Positions 52,551-63,545 of a DNA stretch of 64,000 nucleotides are shown here, piece by piece (the stretch's first letter is position 1; the number at the start of each line of letters is the position of its first letter). The stretch covers positions 1 to 64,000 of the IMG/VR virus record IMGVR_UViG_3300002168_000002, one strand, 5' to 3'. The DNA comes from a virus. Taxonomy: Duplodnaviria; Caudoviricetes. Below the pieces are notes generated by a model. It made no database searches and was not told where the DNA came from. It saw only the letters and a list, made by a program, of their open reading frames with translations. Both the position numbers and the translations under genes were made by a program.

Positions 52551-52638
52551 ATAAATCGTGAATTCTGTTAAAAGGGATTGATTTTATCCGTTGTTGATAG
52601 AAGTTTATACCATCATTATGAAGGAAGGAGAATATAAA

Positions 52639-53544
52639 ATGGAAATAATCTACTCAGACAAAATGGGAAGCCGGTCTCGTTCATCCTGGGCTATTATTGT
52701 TGGGCCTGGGGATGAGCTGGAGCTATTTACTGGGAAAAGCATCCCGGGCAAGGTTGCTATTGTTGGAGAGGACTATAAAAAGGCCGGTAAGTGGAGTCAT
52801 TCTACATACCGTCTTGTTCTTGCCGAAGGTATCCAGTTTATTTCTGGGCATATGGGATGGGAGACAGGTACGTTTGTGGAAGGACTGGCGTCCGCTACTG
52901 GGATGCCCGCCAATAGATGGCATGAAGTGGCAAACGCCCTGAATGTATCACTCCCTGTGTTGCAGGAATTTCTCCGGGGCTGGAGGCCTAAAGCTGCCGA
53001 AAAACTTGATCAGATTGAAGAAGATTTGGCGAGCTTGGACGAAACATCTGACTCGGGTGCTACCACTGTCTCAATTTCGTATGGTGCGCCTACCCAGAAG
53101 CTACGTGAACAAGGCTTTTGGGAGTGGCCCGTCCGTATTTTAAACAGAGACAGGGAAGAGGTTGGTCGGGTGTCTCCAGAAGGTAAAGCTTTTGGAGAGG
53201 TAAAAGTTTTGAAAAGGCAGGAGTCTTCTGGTTACGGTGGGGGATATGTTTCTCTTATGCTGGCTGTTCCTGAGAACTGTCAGGCTGTTCACGGCCCGGT
53301 ACCAGGAGAAAAAACACGTGCCGAGAGGGAAGCAAAGTGTCGCCTTACCGCCGCCGCTGAAAAATGGTTACGGCTGTACGGTCAAAAAGCCGCACAAATG
53401 GCAATTAAAGATTATCCGTATGGTCGGGCAAGAATCCTATCCTATGCGGAACAACAGGGTTGCCCGATCCCCTCCGAGTATTCGTATCGTGCAAGTGACT
53501 TATGGAAATTTTTGGACGAGGTAAAATACCTCTTGGGAAAATAA
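52639..53544 (+). CDS. hypothetical protein, markedly GC-rich
   Basis: RBS AGGAG before ATG at 52639; visibly higher G+C than flanks. Confidence 0.8.
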   Translation: MEIIYSDKMGSRSRSSWAIIVGPGDELELFTGKSIPGKVAIVGEDYKKAGKWSHSTYRLVLAEGIQFISGHMGWETGTFVEGLASATGMPANRWHEVANALNVSLPVLQEFLRGWRPKAAEKLDQIEEDLASLDETSDSGATTVSISYGAPTQKLREQGFWEWPVRILNRDREEVGRVSPEGKAFGEVKVLKRQESSGYGGGYVSLMLAVPENCQAVHGPVPGEKTRAEREAKCRLTAAAEKWLRLYGQKAAQMAIKDYPYGRARILSYAEQQGCPIPSEYSYRASDLWKFLDEVKYLLGK

Positions 53545-53584
53545 AAAAGATATAATCGGGTTATAATCCTGACAGAAAGGAGAG

Positions 53585-54139
53585 ATGGATATCCCGGCAG
53601 AAAACACTTATGGAGAAGAAAAAATGTACTATACAGGAATAGGTTCAAGAGAAACTCCTATAGAAATTCAAAAATTGTTTATTAATGTTGGTAGATATTT
53701 AGCCAAGAAAAAACTAATATTGCGTTCTGGAGGAGCGAATGGAGCAGACCAAGCATTTGAAAAAGGTTGTGATTTAGTAAGCGGTAAAAAAGAAATATAC
53801 TTACCTTGGGCTGGATTTGAAAACTCTAATTCTAAACTAATAGTTAAAGATAAAAAAGCATTTGAAATAGCAGAGCAATTTCATCCATATTGGCACAATT
53901 TATCAGAAGGTGCTAAGAAGTTACAAGCAAGAAATTCCCATCAAATATTAGGACAAGATTTAAAGACTCCTTCAAGATTTGTTATATGTTGGACAAAGAA
54001 GGGTAAGGGGCAAGGTGGAACGGGTCAGGCGATTAGAATTGCAAAATATTATGATGTACCTGTTTTTGATGCTGGAAATCATAAAGATATTGAAGAAGTT
54101 GGAATAGAGTTAAAAAAGTTTTTAAAAGAAATGATATAA
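53585..54139 (+). CDS. SLOG/DprA-like Rossmann-fold protein
   Basis: YTGIGSRETP, LRSGGANGAD, RN, GGTGQA. Confidence 0.75.
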   Translation: MDIPAENTYGEEKMYYTGIGSRETPIEIQKLFINVGRYLAKKKLILRSGGANGADQAFEKGCDLVSGKKEIYLPWAGFENSNSKLIVKDKKAFEIAEQFHPYWHNLSEGAKKLQARNSHQILGQDLKTPSRFVICWTKKGKGQGGTGQAIRIAKYYDVPVFDAGNHKDIEEVGIELKKFLKEMI

Positions 54140-54187
54140 TATTTATTTTAAAAGGATACTTTTATTAAAATATTAAAATAAAAAGGA

Positions 54188-55009
54188 GTGTTTTTATACA
54201 TATTGATTAAGTTAAATAATTTTTATATTGGTGAATCTGTGGAGTTTATGAGAGATAATATGTCAGATGAGTTTGTGGACTTAACAGTTACGTCTCCGCC
54301 TTATGACAGCATTAGAAAGTACAAAGGATTCAAGTTTGATTATAAATCTATGATTGAAGAGTTGTATAGAGTGACTAAGCAAGGTGGAGTTGTAGTGTGG
54401 GTGGTGGGTGATCAAACACATAAAGGTTCAGAGACAGGCACAAGTTTTAAGCAAGCATTGTATGCTATGAATGTCGGATTTAATTTGCATGATACTATGA
54501 TATATGAAAAATTAAACCCTATACCATTAACCCATAATAGATATGAGCAGTATTTTGAATATATGTTCGTATTTAGTAAAAATAAACCTAAAACATTTAA
54601 TCCAATAAAGGTTAATGTGAAAAATCCAAATAAACCTTATAAATGGAAATCTAAAGAGAAAGGTTCTTCTAAAAGAGATAGGAGTGAAATAACTTATTCA
54701 AAAAATAGTAAAATTAAATCTAATATTTGGATTTACGCTCTTGATGGAAATAGAGAACCTAAAAATCATCCTGCCCCATTCCCTGAACAATTAGCACATG
54801 ACCACATAATATCATGGAGCAACCCAGGTGATATTGTATTTGATCCTATGTGTGGCTCTGGAACAACATGCAAAATGGCATGGTTAAATAAAAGAAAATT
54901 CATAGGAATAGATATGAGTGAAGAATACATAAATGATATTTGTATCCCAAGGTTAGAAATGTATGGTTGGAAACAAGAAGAGAATAAGAATACTAATATA
55001 ATATTTTAA
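54188..55009 (+). CDS. DNA N4-C/N6-A methyltransferase (beta class)
   Basis: TSPPY, HPAPFP, DPMCGSGT. Confidence 0.92.
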   Translation: MFLYILIKLNNFYIGESVEFMRDNMSDEFVDLTVTSPPYDSIRKYKGFKFDYKSMIEELYRVTKQGGVVVWVVGDQTHKGSETGTSFKQALYAMNVGFNLHDTMIYEKLNPIPLTHNRYEQYFEYMFVFSKNKPKTFNPIKVNVKNPNKPYKWKSKEKGSSKRDRSEITYSKNSKIKSNIWIYALDGNREPKNHPAPFPEQLAHDHIISWSNPGDIVFDPMCGSGTTCKMAWLNKRKFIGIDMSEEYINDICIPRLEMYGWKQEENKNTNIIF

Positions 55010-55234
55010 TCAAATAATGCTTTGGCGCAGAAAGGAAAATAATAAATGAATAAAAAGAAGATAGAGAAAGAGTAGCTCTTGCTTTAGTTAACAGTGGTTA
55101 TGCCGTTAAAATTATACAAAGAAATAATTTATTGCGTAATGATTATTATATTCAAATACTTAATGAAAATATATTTGACAAATGTTAATTAAAATGCTAA
55201 TATAATAGCAATAAATAAGAAAAACTAAAAGGAT

Positions 55235-55885
55235 GTGGTAAAAATTAAATCTAAGGTTATAGTTATATTGTTAATAATATTAGTTACAATTTTGATTTAC
55301 CCTCGTCAAAAAGAAATAAAAGTAAAGCAAGATAATAAAGAAGATATTTATCTAGTTTTTGTTTCGGTTATGGATGATTTTGTAGAAGAAACGGAGTGTG
55401 AAAATATATACTATAATGTACCATTATCTTATGAATTACAAGATTTTATAAGAGATAAATGCGAGAAATATGAAGTTAATATGGAAACTATTTTATCTAT
55501 TATGTTTGTAGAAAGTAACTTTAACAAAGAAGCAAAATCAAAAAATAATATTGGTGGAAATTGTAGTGTAGGAATTATGCAATTAAACAATAATTATGTT
55601 AATTGGTTTGCTGAATTAACTGATATAAAAGATTTTAATATTAACAATGTTTATCATAACATTGAAGGAGGTATCGCTGTATATAAGAATTATAGAGATT
55701 ATTGGGAACAAAAAGGATATAAAGATAAAAAATTAGAAATATATACCTTAAATTCATTTAATATGGGTATTAGAGGATATCGTAACTACATAAGCAGAAC
55801 AAAAAATATAAGAAGAAGTTATGATAGAAAAATATTAAATTATAAAGAGGAAGAATTATGCGAAGCTACAAATATAAAGAATTAA
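55235..55885 (+). CDS. membrane-anchored lytic transglycosylase (SLT)
   Basis: N-terminal TM, VESNF, GIMQL, FNMG. Confidence 0.8.
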   Translation: MVKIKSKVIVILLIILVTILIYPRQKEIKVKQDNKEDIYLVFVSVMDDFVEETECENIYYNVPLSYELQDFIRDKCEKYEVNMETILSIMFVESNFNKEAKSKNNIGGNCSVGIMQLNNNYVNWFAELTDIKDFNINNVYHNIEGGIAVYKNYRDYWEQKGYKDKKLEIYTLNSFNMGIRGYRNYISRTKNIRRSYDRKILNYKEEELCEATNIKN

Positions 55886-56124
55886 TTATATATAAAAATA
55901 ATAATTCAAGATTTAAAAATTCTTCTTATTATAGTATATTTTTATCATTATAAAATTGTAGGTAAAAAGATTTGGTTATGATGATAATGGTATGTATAAA
56001 AGAATAAGAGAAAGATATCCTGAAATATATCATTTAAATAAAGGAGATTACAATATTTATTATATGCCAGATAATAGTATAAGAACAAATTTTTTAGTTT
56101 AATATTAACAGGAGGAATGTTAAA

Positions 56125-56712
56125 ATGCCCACAGGTTATACTTCTGATATTTATGAAGGTAAAAATGTAACTGGTAAAGAATTTTTAATGATATGTGCTA
56201 GAGCTTTTGGTATATATGAACCTTTTGATGCAGAAATACCAGAAGAGTTTCAACCGAATGATTATCATTTGAGAAGATTAGAAGAAGTAAAAAATGAATT
56301 GGAAAGATATCGAACAATGACAATAGAAGAAGCTAAAATAATTACTGAAAGAGAATATGAAAAAAATATAAAATATAATAAAGAGCAACATGAAATATAT
56401 AAAAATTTGAAGGAGAGATATTTAAATGTACTATCTGACGTATTACAATGGCAACCCCCAACAGAAGACCATGTTGAATTAAAGAATTTTGCTATTAAAC
56501 AATTAGAAAATAGCATTAAATTTGATTGTGATGGCAAGGAAAAGTTTTATCCTTTAGATGTTGAGAAGGAAACTCCCGAAGAATATATTAAAAGAAATAT
56601 TGATAGTTGTTTGAGAAATATTAAATATCATTCTGAAGAATATAAAAAAGAAGTTAAAAAGACTTTAAGCAGAAATAAATGGATCAAAGAATTAAGAGAG
56701 AGTTTAAAATAA
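56125..56712 (+). CDS. hypothetical phage protein
   Basis: MPTGYT...CARAFG. Confidence 0.85.
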   Translation: MPTGYTSDIYEGKNVTGKEFLMICARAFGIYEPFDAEIPEEFQPNDYHLRRLEEVKNELERYRTMTIEEAKIITEREYEKNIKYNKEQHEIYKNLKERYLNVLSDVLQWQPPTEDHVELKNFAIKQLENSIKFDCDGKEKFYPLDVEKETPEEYIKRNIDSCLRNIKYHSEEYKKEVKKTLSRNKWIKELRESLK

Positions 56713-56781
56713 TAAGAAAGGAGAGTTATAAAGTTGAAGAGGAATGAAGTGTGTAGTTGTTATGACAAGTATGGGGTATAG

Positions 56782-57179
56782 ATGTGGAAAATAAGGAGTG
56801 AAAACATGGTAAATTACACTTGGCAACGTTATGGTGGATATGAAGTGAGTAGTCGGGGAGATAAAAGATTTTCTGCATTTTATGCACGTTTAGCTGACGG
56901 TAGAACCATTGAAGAAGCGTATCAGCTAGATGTGAAAGGTTATCGTAAATTTGGTAATTCACCTATGCTCGGGAAAGGTAAGCCACCTCTTGATAAAAGT
57001 AAAAATCTGTGGAAAGAATACCTTGTATTATGGAAAACCTGGGCTAAAGAGAACCCTCTATACTTATTGAAGAATTAAAAAATAAAGTTAAAGCATATAA
57101 CAATGTTTTAAGCGATAGATTCGCTAATATACCTGTTAATCAGGCACATGCACTTGCTGATATATTAAATGATTTGTAG
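56782..57179 (+). pseudogene. frameshifted NADAR-like gene
   Basis: EVSSRGDKRFSAFYA...TIEEAYQ..K; reading continues in another frame after about 57060 as LIEELK...DRFA...QAHALADILNDL*. Confidence 0.55.
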
Positions 57180-57501
57180 AAGATTAATCGGTCTTTCTTT
57201 CGCTAAAAAAATGACCCGTTGGGAGCCATTAATCCCGACAGAAAGGAGTTGAAAAAAAATGAAAGGAAAATTTTTTGGATACGAAATAGTAGAATTAAAT
57301 GAATTAAAAAGAAGGTTGGTTTTTAATAAAGTAGAGAAAAATTGTAATACTTGTGATTATCAATGGAGAGGACAAGATAATTTTGCCACCCCATGTCAAT
57401 TATATCCTGGTGAAAAATATAAACAAGAAAGACAAGAATGTATTGAAAACAATTATAATAATTGGAAGTCTTATATAAAATAAAGATATATAATTACTTT
57501 T

Positions 57502-57945
57502 ATGAATATTAAAAATAAGAAAAATAAAAGGCGGGTAATTTATATGAAAAGATTTAAATGTACTGTTACAAGAGTTGATGAATACATTATTGAATTTGAC
57601 GAAAATAAAATTAACGAAAAATGGATGAAAGAGTTTAGAGATGAATTTTATAATTTCAATAATTTAAGAGAACATGCAGAACATATTGCACAACTAAGAG
57701 CAAGATTCGGAAGTAGTTTTTTGGAAGGATATGGTTATGTTTTAGTAGATAATAAAGTACCTTTGATGGCAACAGATAAAGATATAATTGAAGATGGTAT
57801 AAACATTCAAATAGTTAGTGAAGATGTAGATTGTAAAATTAAAGTAAAGAAATTAAATGAAAGAAGAATATTTCTTAAACTTATTTTTTGGTTAGGATTG
57901 ATTGGTGGTGGATTATGGTTATTTAAATATTTTGGAGTATTTTAA
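57502..57945 (+). CDS. hypothetical protein with C-terminal TM segment
   Basis: 147-aa ORF. Confidence 0.7.
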   Translation: MNIKNKKNKRRVIYMKRFKCTVTRVDEYIIEFDENKINEKWMKEFRDEFYNFNNLREHAEHIAQLRARFGSSFLEGYGYVLVDNKVPLMATDKDIIEDGINIQIVSEDVDCKIKVKKLNERRIFLKLIFWLGLIGGGLWLFKYFGVF

Positions 57946-58235
57946 TAAAAACTAGTTTGATTAAAATAATAAAAGGAGTTTTTAAATATGTTATATGAAA
58001 AAGAAGATATTGGTGAAAAAATTTATTTAATAGGTGCGTTTAATGATCTTTTTATAGTAACGAAACTCAATTTGAAGTAGTATTAACTCGACAAGTAGGT
58101 GATATATATAAAGATATTAAACTTGAAGAAGAAATCCAATAAAATAAGAGTTTAGATTACAAAAATAAAAGTATTGACAAAGTATAAAATATATGGTAAT
58201 ATATGAGATGAATAAATTAAAGAGGAGAATATTAA

Positions 58236-60428
58236 ATGCGTGTACTATTTTTAATGCGAGGCGCACCAGGAGTAGGCAAAAGTACATTTATAAAAGAAAA
58301 TAATCTTGAACAGTATTCTTTATGTGCCGACAACGTTAGATTATTAATTCAATCTCCTGTTTTAGATATAAATGGAAATTGGACTATCAGCCAAAAGAAC
58401 GATAAAAGAGTATGGGAATTATTGTTTACTATGCTTGAAGATAGAATGAAACGTGGAGAATTTACAATTATTGATGCAACAAATAGTAAAACAGTTGAAA
58501 TGAACAGATATAAAAAATTAGCTGATAAATATCGTTATAGAAAATATTTAATTGATTTTACAGATGTTCCTATTGAAGTAGTAAAAGAAAGAAATAGAAA
58601 TAGAAATAGTTACAAAATAGTTCCTGAAGAAGCTATTGATACAATGTATGCAAGATTCAAAACTCAAAAAGTTCCAAGTGGATTTATTGTAATTAAACCA
58701 GAAGAATTTAAAGAAACAATCAATAATATTTATTCTATTAGAGATTTTTCCAACTATAATAAGATACACCATATAGGAGATCTTCATGGTTGTTTTACTG
58801 TATTAAATGAGTATTTAAAGAATGGGTTAGAAGATGATGAATTGTATATTTTTGTTGGCGATTATCTTGATAGGGGTATAGAAAATGCCGATGTTCTTAA
58901 ACTTCTATTAGAAATTTATACAAAAGAAAATGTGATACTACTTACGGGTAATCATGAGCAATATCTATATAATTATGCTCATGATCTTCCTGGAGTAAGT
59001 AAAGAGTTTGAAATAAATACAAGACCACAACTAATAGAAGCTAATTTTGATAAAAAAGATGTTAGACAACTTTACAGGAAGTTTGCACAATTCGCTTATT
59101 ACAAATATTATAACAGGATTGTACTTGTAACTCATGGCGGGTTAAGTTGTATACCAGATAATTTTGTCTTTATTTCTACTGAACAATTAATTAAAGGTAT
59201 CGGAGATTATAAAGATATGGGAAAAATAAATGAATCGTTCCTAAAAAATACAAATAAAAATGTTTATCAAATTCATGGTCATAGGAATGAGTCAGGTTCC
59301 CCGATACAAATTAATGAAAGGTGTTTTAATTTGTGTGGTAAAGCAGAATTTGGAGGCACTTTAAGAATAGTTACATTGTCGAAGGAAGGATTTGAACGTA
59401 TTGAAATCCCTAATACAGTTTATAAACAAATAGAAAAAAGAAGTAATAGTATAGATGGTATTACTATAGAAAATCTAGTTCGTCTTTTAAGAGATAATAA
59501 ATATATTCGAGAAAAGAAATTTGGAAATATATCTTCTTTTAATTTTACCAGAGACGCATTTAACGATAAGATATGGGATAATATAACTACAAAAGCAAGA
59601 GGTTTATTCATTAACACAAACACCAATAAAATTGTGGCAAGAAGTTATAATAAATTTTTTAATATAAATGAAGTAGAAGAAACCAAAATGAAAAATTTGC
59701 AAAACTTACTTGCCTATCCTTTACGTATATATGTTAAATATAATGGATATTTAGGGATAATAGGTTATGATGAAGAAAATGATGATTTAGTAATTACATC
59801 TAAAACATCATTAACTGGTACTTTTTCAGATAATTTTAGAAGAATATTTAATAATAAAATAAAAAACAAAGATTTTATGAAAAAATATTTAAAAGAAAAT
59901 AATTTATCTTTTGTAGTTGAAGTAATTGATCCAATTAATGACCCCCATATTATTGAGTATGAAAATGAAGATATTATTTTGTTGGATGCTATATATAGAG
60001 ATATGAATTATAAGAAATTATCTTATGATGAATTATTATTTGTAAGTGAGTTGTTTAATTTGAGTATTAAAAAGCTTGCATTTATTATGTATAATTGGAA
60101 TGATTTTTATAATTGGTATGAAAGTGTTACAGTAGATGATTATAAATATAATAATAAATATATAGAAGGATTTGTAATAGAAGATGCCAATGAATTTATG
60201 TTTAAAATGAAATTAGCTTATTATAATAACTGGAAGTTTATGCGTAATGTAAAAGATAGTGTTGCAAAACATGGAGCAATTAGATATACAGGAGCTTTAA
60301 CTACAAAAAAACAAAATATGTTTTATGGTTGGTTAAAAGAATTACCAAAAGAAGAATTGGAATTAGATATCATTACTTTAAGAAAGAAATTTTTAGCTGA
60401 AAAAGAAAAAGTGTTAGAAGTAATATAA
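58236..60428 (+). CDS. polynucleotide kinase - metallophosphoesterase - RNA ligase fusion
   Basis: GAPGVGKS; GDLHG, GDYLDRG, GNHE, HGH; KYNG, EGFV, KMK ligase motifs. Confidence 0.88.
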   Translation: MRVLFLMRGAPGVGKSTFIKENNLEQYSLCADNVRLLIQSPVLDINGNWTISQKNDKRVWELLFTMLEDRMKRGEFTIIDATNSKTVEMNRYKKLADKYRYRKYLIDFTDVPIEVVKERNRNRNSYKIVPEEAIDTMYARFKTQKVPSGFIVIKPEEFKETINNIYSIRDFSNYNKIHHIGDLHGCFTVLNEYLKNGLEDDELYIFVGDYLDRGIENADVLKLLLEIYTKENVILLTGNHEQYLYNYAHDLPGVSKEFEINTRPQLIEANFDKKDVRQLYRKFAQFAYYKYYNRIVLVTHGGLSCIPDNFVFISTEQLIKGIGDYKDMGKINESFLKNTNKNVYQIHGHRNESGSPIQINERCFNLCGKAEFGGTLRIVTLSKEGFERIEIPNTVYKQIEKRSNSIDGITIENLVRLLRDNKYIREKKFGNISSFNFTRDAFNDKIWDNITTKARGLFINTNTNKIVARSYNKFFNINEVEETKMKNLQNLLAYPLRIYVKYNGYLGIIGYDEENDDLVITSKTSLTGTFSDNFRRIFNNKIKNKDFMKKYLKENNLSFVVEVIDPINDPHIIEYENEDIILLDAIYRDMNYKKLSYDELLFVSELFNLSIKKLAFIMYNWNDFYNWYESVTVDDYKYNNKYIEGFVIEDANEFMFKMKLAYYNNWKFMRNVKDSVAKHGAIRYTGALTTKKQNMFYGWLKELPKEELELDIITLRKKFLAEKEKVLEVI

Positions 60429-60520
60429 AAAGGAGTGTGATATTATTGAATCTTATTGAAGTTATTAAGACTATTCGGAGCGATATTTCTAAGCTAGAAA
60501 GAAAACGAAAGATTTAATTA

Positions 60521-60883
60521 TTGATTATAATAAAAATAAAAAGGAGGATGTGTAGCTTGAATAAAATTACATATAAACTTACAGATTTAAAAAATAAAAA
60601 AATCGTAAATATAGAAAAAATTTGTGCTGAATATGGAAGAACTTATGATTATTATCTTTGTTTTACATGTGATGATGGTAGTAGAGTTATATTATATGGT
60701 GGAGAACCTTATAATCCTAATCCTAGTCTTGAAGAAATGAGAAAAGTTGATTTCTTTACACCAGAAGAAATTGGGGAAAAGTTAGAACAAATTGAACGTG
60801 AAAAAAGACATAGAAAACAACAAGAATTAGAAGATAAAAAAAGACAATTACAAAAATTAAAAAAAGAACTTGGTGAAATTTAA
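60521..60883 (+). CDS. hypothetical protein
   Basis: RBS AGGAGG, coiled C-terminus. Confidence 0.7.
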   Translation: MIIIKIKRRMCSLNKITYKLTDLKNKKIVNIEKICAEYGRTYDYYLCFTCDDGSRVILYGGEPYNPNPSLEEMRKVDFFTPEEIGEKLEQIEREKRHRKQQELEDKKRQLQKLKKELGEI

Positions 60884-61444
60884 ACTGATAAATATCAAAA
60901 ATATAATAATTTTCCAGAAGTATTAAGGAGGATAAATATGAATAGCATTTCTGCTTCGGGGCAAGGTTTGTTGGTACTACAAATTAAATTGTAATCAAAT
61001 ATCGTTTTAAAAATTTGGGGAAAAGTTATTGAATAAAAAATAAAGGTAGGAAAATTAATTATGTGGGGAAAAATTAAAACTTATTTTCGCAAACATGATT
61101 TCGATTTGAATAATAATGAAATAGTAAGTATTGATTTTGACAATGGTAAGTCTTTTAAATTTCCAAGATATACATGTAAAAAGTGTGGTAAAAAATTGTG
61201 TCTTGATTTGTGGCAAATTAAACAATTACCTTGGGACATGGCAAGGGGTTGCCCAGGTAAAAAGTCTATATAATAAAAACTAAAGATTAGTAATATAATA
61301 ATATTAAGATTTCTTAACATGAAAAACAGAGAATAAAAGAGCATACGTGAGAATAAGAGAGTTTAATTTTCCAATATTTGAATAAAACAGCGATTTTATT
61401 TAAATATTAAATTATCAATATAAAAATAAGGGGGGGGGAAGTAA

Positions 61445-62551
61445 GTGTATAAAATTAATGATATAATAAATACAATTATACAGGGACATGTTTTAGATGT
61501 TCTAAAACAAATACCAGATGAATCAATACATATGTGTATTACATCCCCTCCATATTGGGGATTAAGGAATTATTCTACTAATCCGCAAATATGGGATGGG
61601 AATGAGAGCTGTAATCATAAATGGGGAAATAATATTAAAATAAAACAAAGTGGAGAAAAAGGACATAAGCAAGATACGAACAGGGGAAGTTGGTTTGAGT
61701 CATCAACATATTTTTGTGTTAATTGTGGCGCATGGAAAGGTGAGTTAGGAAATGAACCAACATATCAATTATACATAAATCACTTGATTCAAGTATTCGA
61801 TGAGATAAATCGAATACTTACAAAAGATGGAACGTGTTGGGTTAATCTTAGCGATAGTTATGCAGGAAGCAATCAGAGAGTAGGAATTAAAAATCCTACA
61901 CATAAACAAGCAAGTAATAGAGGAACTAATTATATGAGTAGTCCTAATCATAAAAGTATATTGAGTAAAACGAATATTAAAGCAAAATCATTAATAGGGA
62001 TTCCAGATAGATTTAAAATCGCAATGATTGATAATGGATGGATATGTCGTAATGAAATTATATGGCACAAACCAAATCAGATGCCGTCAAGTGTTAAGGA
62101 TAGGTTTACTGTAGATTATGAGAAATTGTATTTCTTTACCAAAAATAAAAAATATTATTTTGAACAGCAGTTGGAACCTTTAGCTGATGTAACTATAAAA
62201 AGGGATAAATACACAAGACAAACCAAAAAAGGAAAAACAGCACAAGAAACCCCATATGCTGTTAGTCATTTACACGATAGTAAAAGCAATCCTAAAGGTA
62301 GAAATAAACGTTCTGTTTGGTCAATTAATACTAAACCATTAAAAGATGCTCATTTTGCAGTATTCCCTCCTGATTTAGTTGAAATACCTATTAAAGCAGG
62401 ATGTGTTGAAGAAGGAATTGTAATTGATCCATTTATGGGTAGTGGTTCAACCGCTATAAAAGCAATGGAATTAAATAGAAATTATGTGGGTATTGAATTA
62501 AACCCAGAATACATAGAAATTGCGAACAATAGAATTAAAGAAATAATATAA
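61445..62551 (+). CDS. DNA N4-C/N6-A methyltransferase (beta class)
   Basis: TSPPYW, IIWHKPN, HFAVFP, DPFMGSGS. Confidence 0.92.
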   Translation: MYKINDIINTIIQGHVLDVLKQIPDESIHMCITSPPYWGLRNYSTNPQIWDGNESCNHKWGNNIKIKQSGEKGHKQDTNRGSWFESSTYFCVNCGAWKGELGNEPTYQLYINHLIQVFDEINRILTKDGTCWVNLSDSYAGSNQRVGIKNPTHKQASNRGTNYMSSPNHKSILSKTNIKAKSLIGIPDRFKIAMIDNGWICRNEIIWHKPNQMPSSVKDRFTVDYEKLYFFTKNKKYYFEQQLEPLADVTIKRDKYTRQTKKGKTAQETPYAVSHLHDSKSNPKGRNKRSVWSINTKPLKDAHFAVFPPDLVEIPIKAGCVEEGIVIDPFMGSGSTAIKAMELNRNYVGIELNPEYIEIANNRIKEII

Positions 62552-63002
62552 AAGTTGCTCTTTATATAATGCACACTGGCTAAAGGATATTGCAAGACAA
62601 GTGAGATAGCAGAAAAAAAGATTGTCAATGTAGTTTTAATATAGAACTTCGATTTTATTAAAATATATATTTAAGAAAATTTTATAATTGAATATAGGTT
62701 TGATAATTAGGAGGTAATAATAATGGGAAAACCAAAATGGTTAATGACAGAAGAAGAAAAGGCAGAAGAAGTTAAGAAAAGAATAAAGAGAGCAGCTACA
62801 GCTATGTATAATGCTTGTAAAATATCTTATGAAGAAAATAGGTGTAAAGGATGTCCGTTTAGTGTTTCAATAGGATGTAAACTATATGATCCTCCTATTA
62901 GTTGGAAGAATAAGATTAAAGAATTAAATACAAAATTAAAATAAAACAATAATATATTTGCTTTGGCAATGTCATTGCTTTAGCATAGAAAGGAGTTAGA
63001 CT

Positions 63003-63359
63003 ATGGGAGTAGATTGGTATCCTTGTAAGAGTTGTGGTAAAACATTTCCTGATAGTGGTCATTATGTAAGTTGCCCATATTGTAGAACCCATTGGTGTAA
63101 TTATAAGTGCGCAGAAAAAGATGGATATATGGAAGATCAATGTAAATTGGGATATGAAGTCATTGAAGGTTACGAACAAAATGAAGAATGTGAAGAATCG
63201 GATAAAAATAGTTGTTTTAAGTGTGATAACTATATAAAAGGTGGATGTAAATATTGCCGCCAAGAAGATTTTGAAGACGTTATATTGTTAGATTATTTAT
63301 TACAATCATTAAATAAGACTAGAGAAGAACTAATTACTGAATATAAAAAGACATTATAA
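63003..63359 (+). CDS. Cys-rich hypothetical protein
   Basis: multiple CxxC. Confidence 0.75.
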   Translation: MGVDWYPCKSCGKTFPDSGHYVSCPYCRTHWCNYKCAEKDGYMEDQCKLGYEVIEGYEQNEECEESDKNSCFKCDNYIKGGCKYCRQEDFEDVILLDYLLQSLNKTREELITEYKKTL

Positions 63360-63545
63360 AAAGAGTTTCTTGATTACTGTAAATATAGAAGTATTCCTGT
63401 AGTTGGGTACGTTAATTTTAGAAGAAGTAAAATACTAAAACCAATTCAATTTAAAAAAGAATATGAATGCACTTGGATTAAATAATATAACCAAACGTTA
63501 ACTTAACTTATAATATAAATATAAAAAAGAGATAAGGAGTAAAGT

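Noticed and set aside
61429-61438. Poly-G run as a phase-variation switch before the methyltransferase
   Set aside because: It coincides with the RBS and could be a homopolymer sequencing artefact; needs read data
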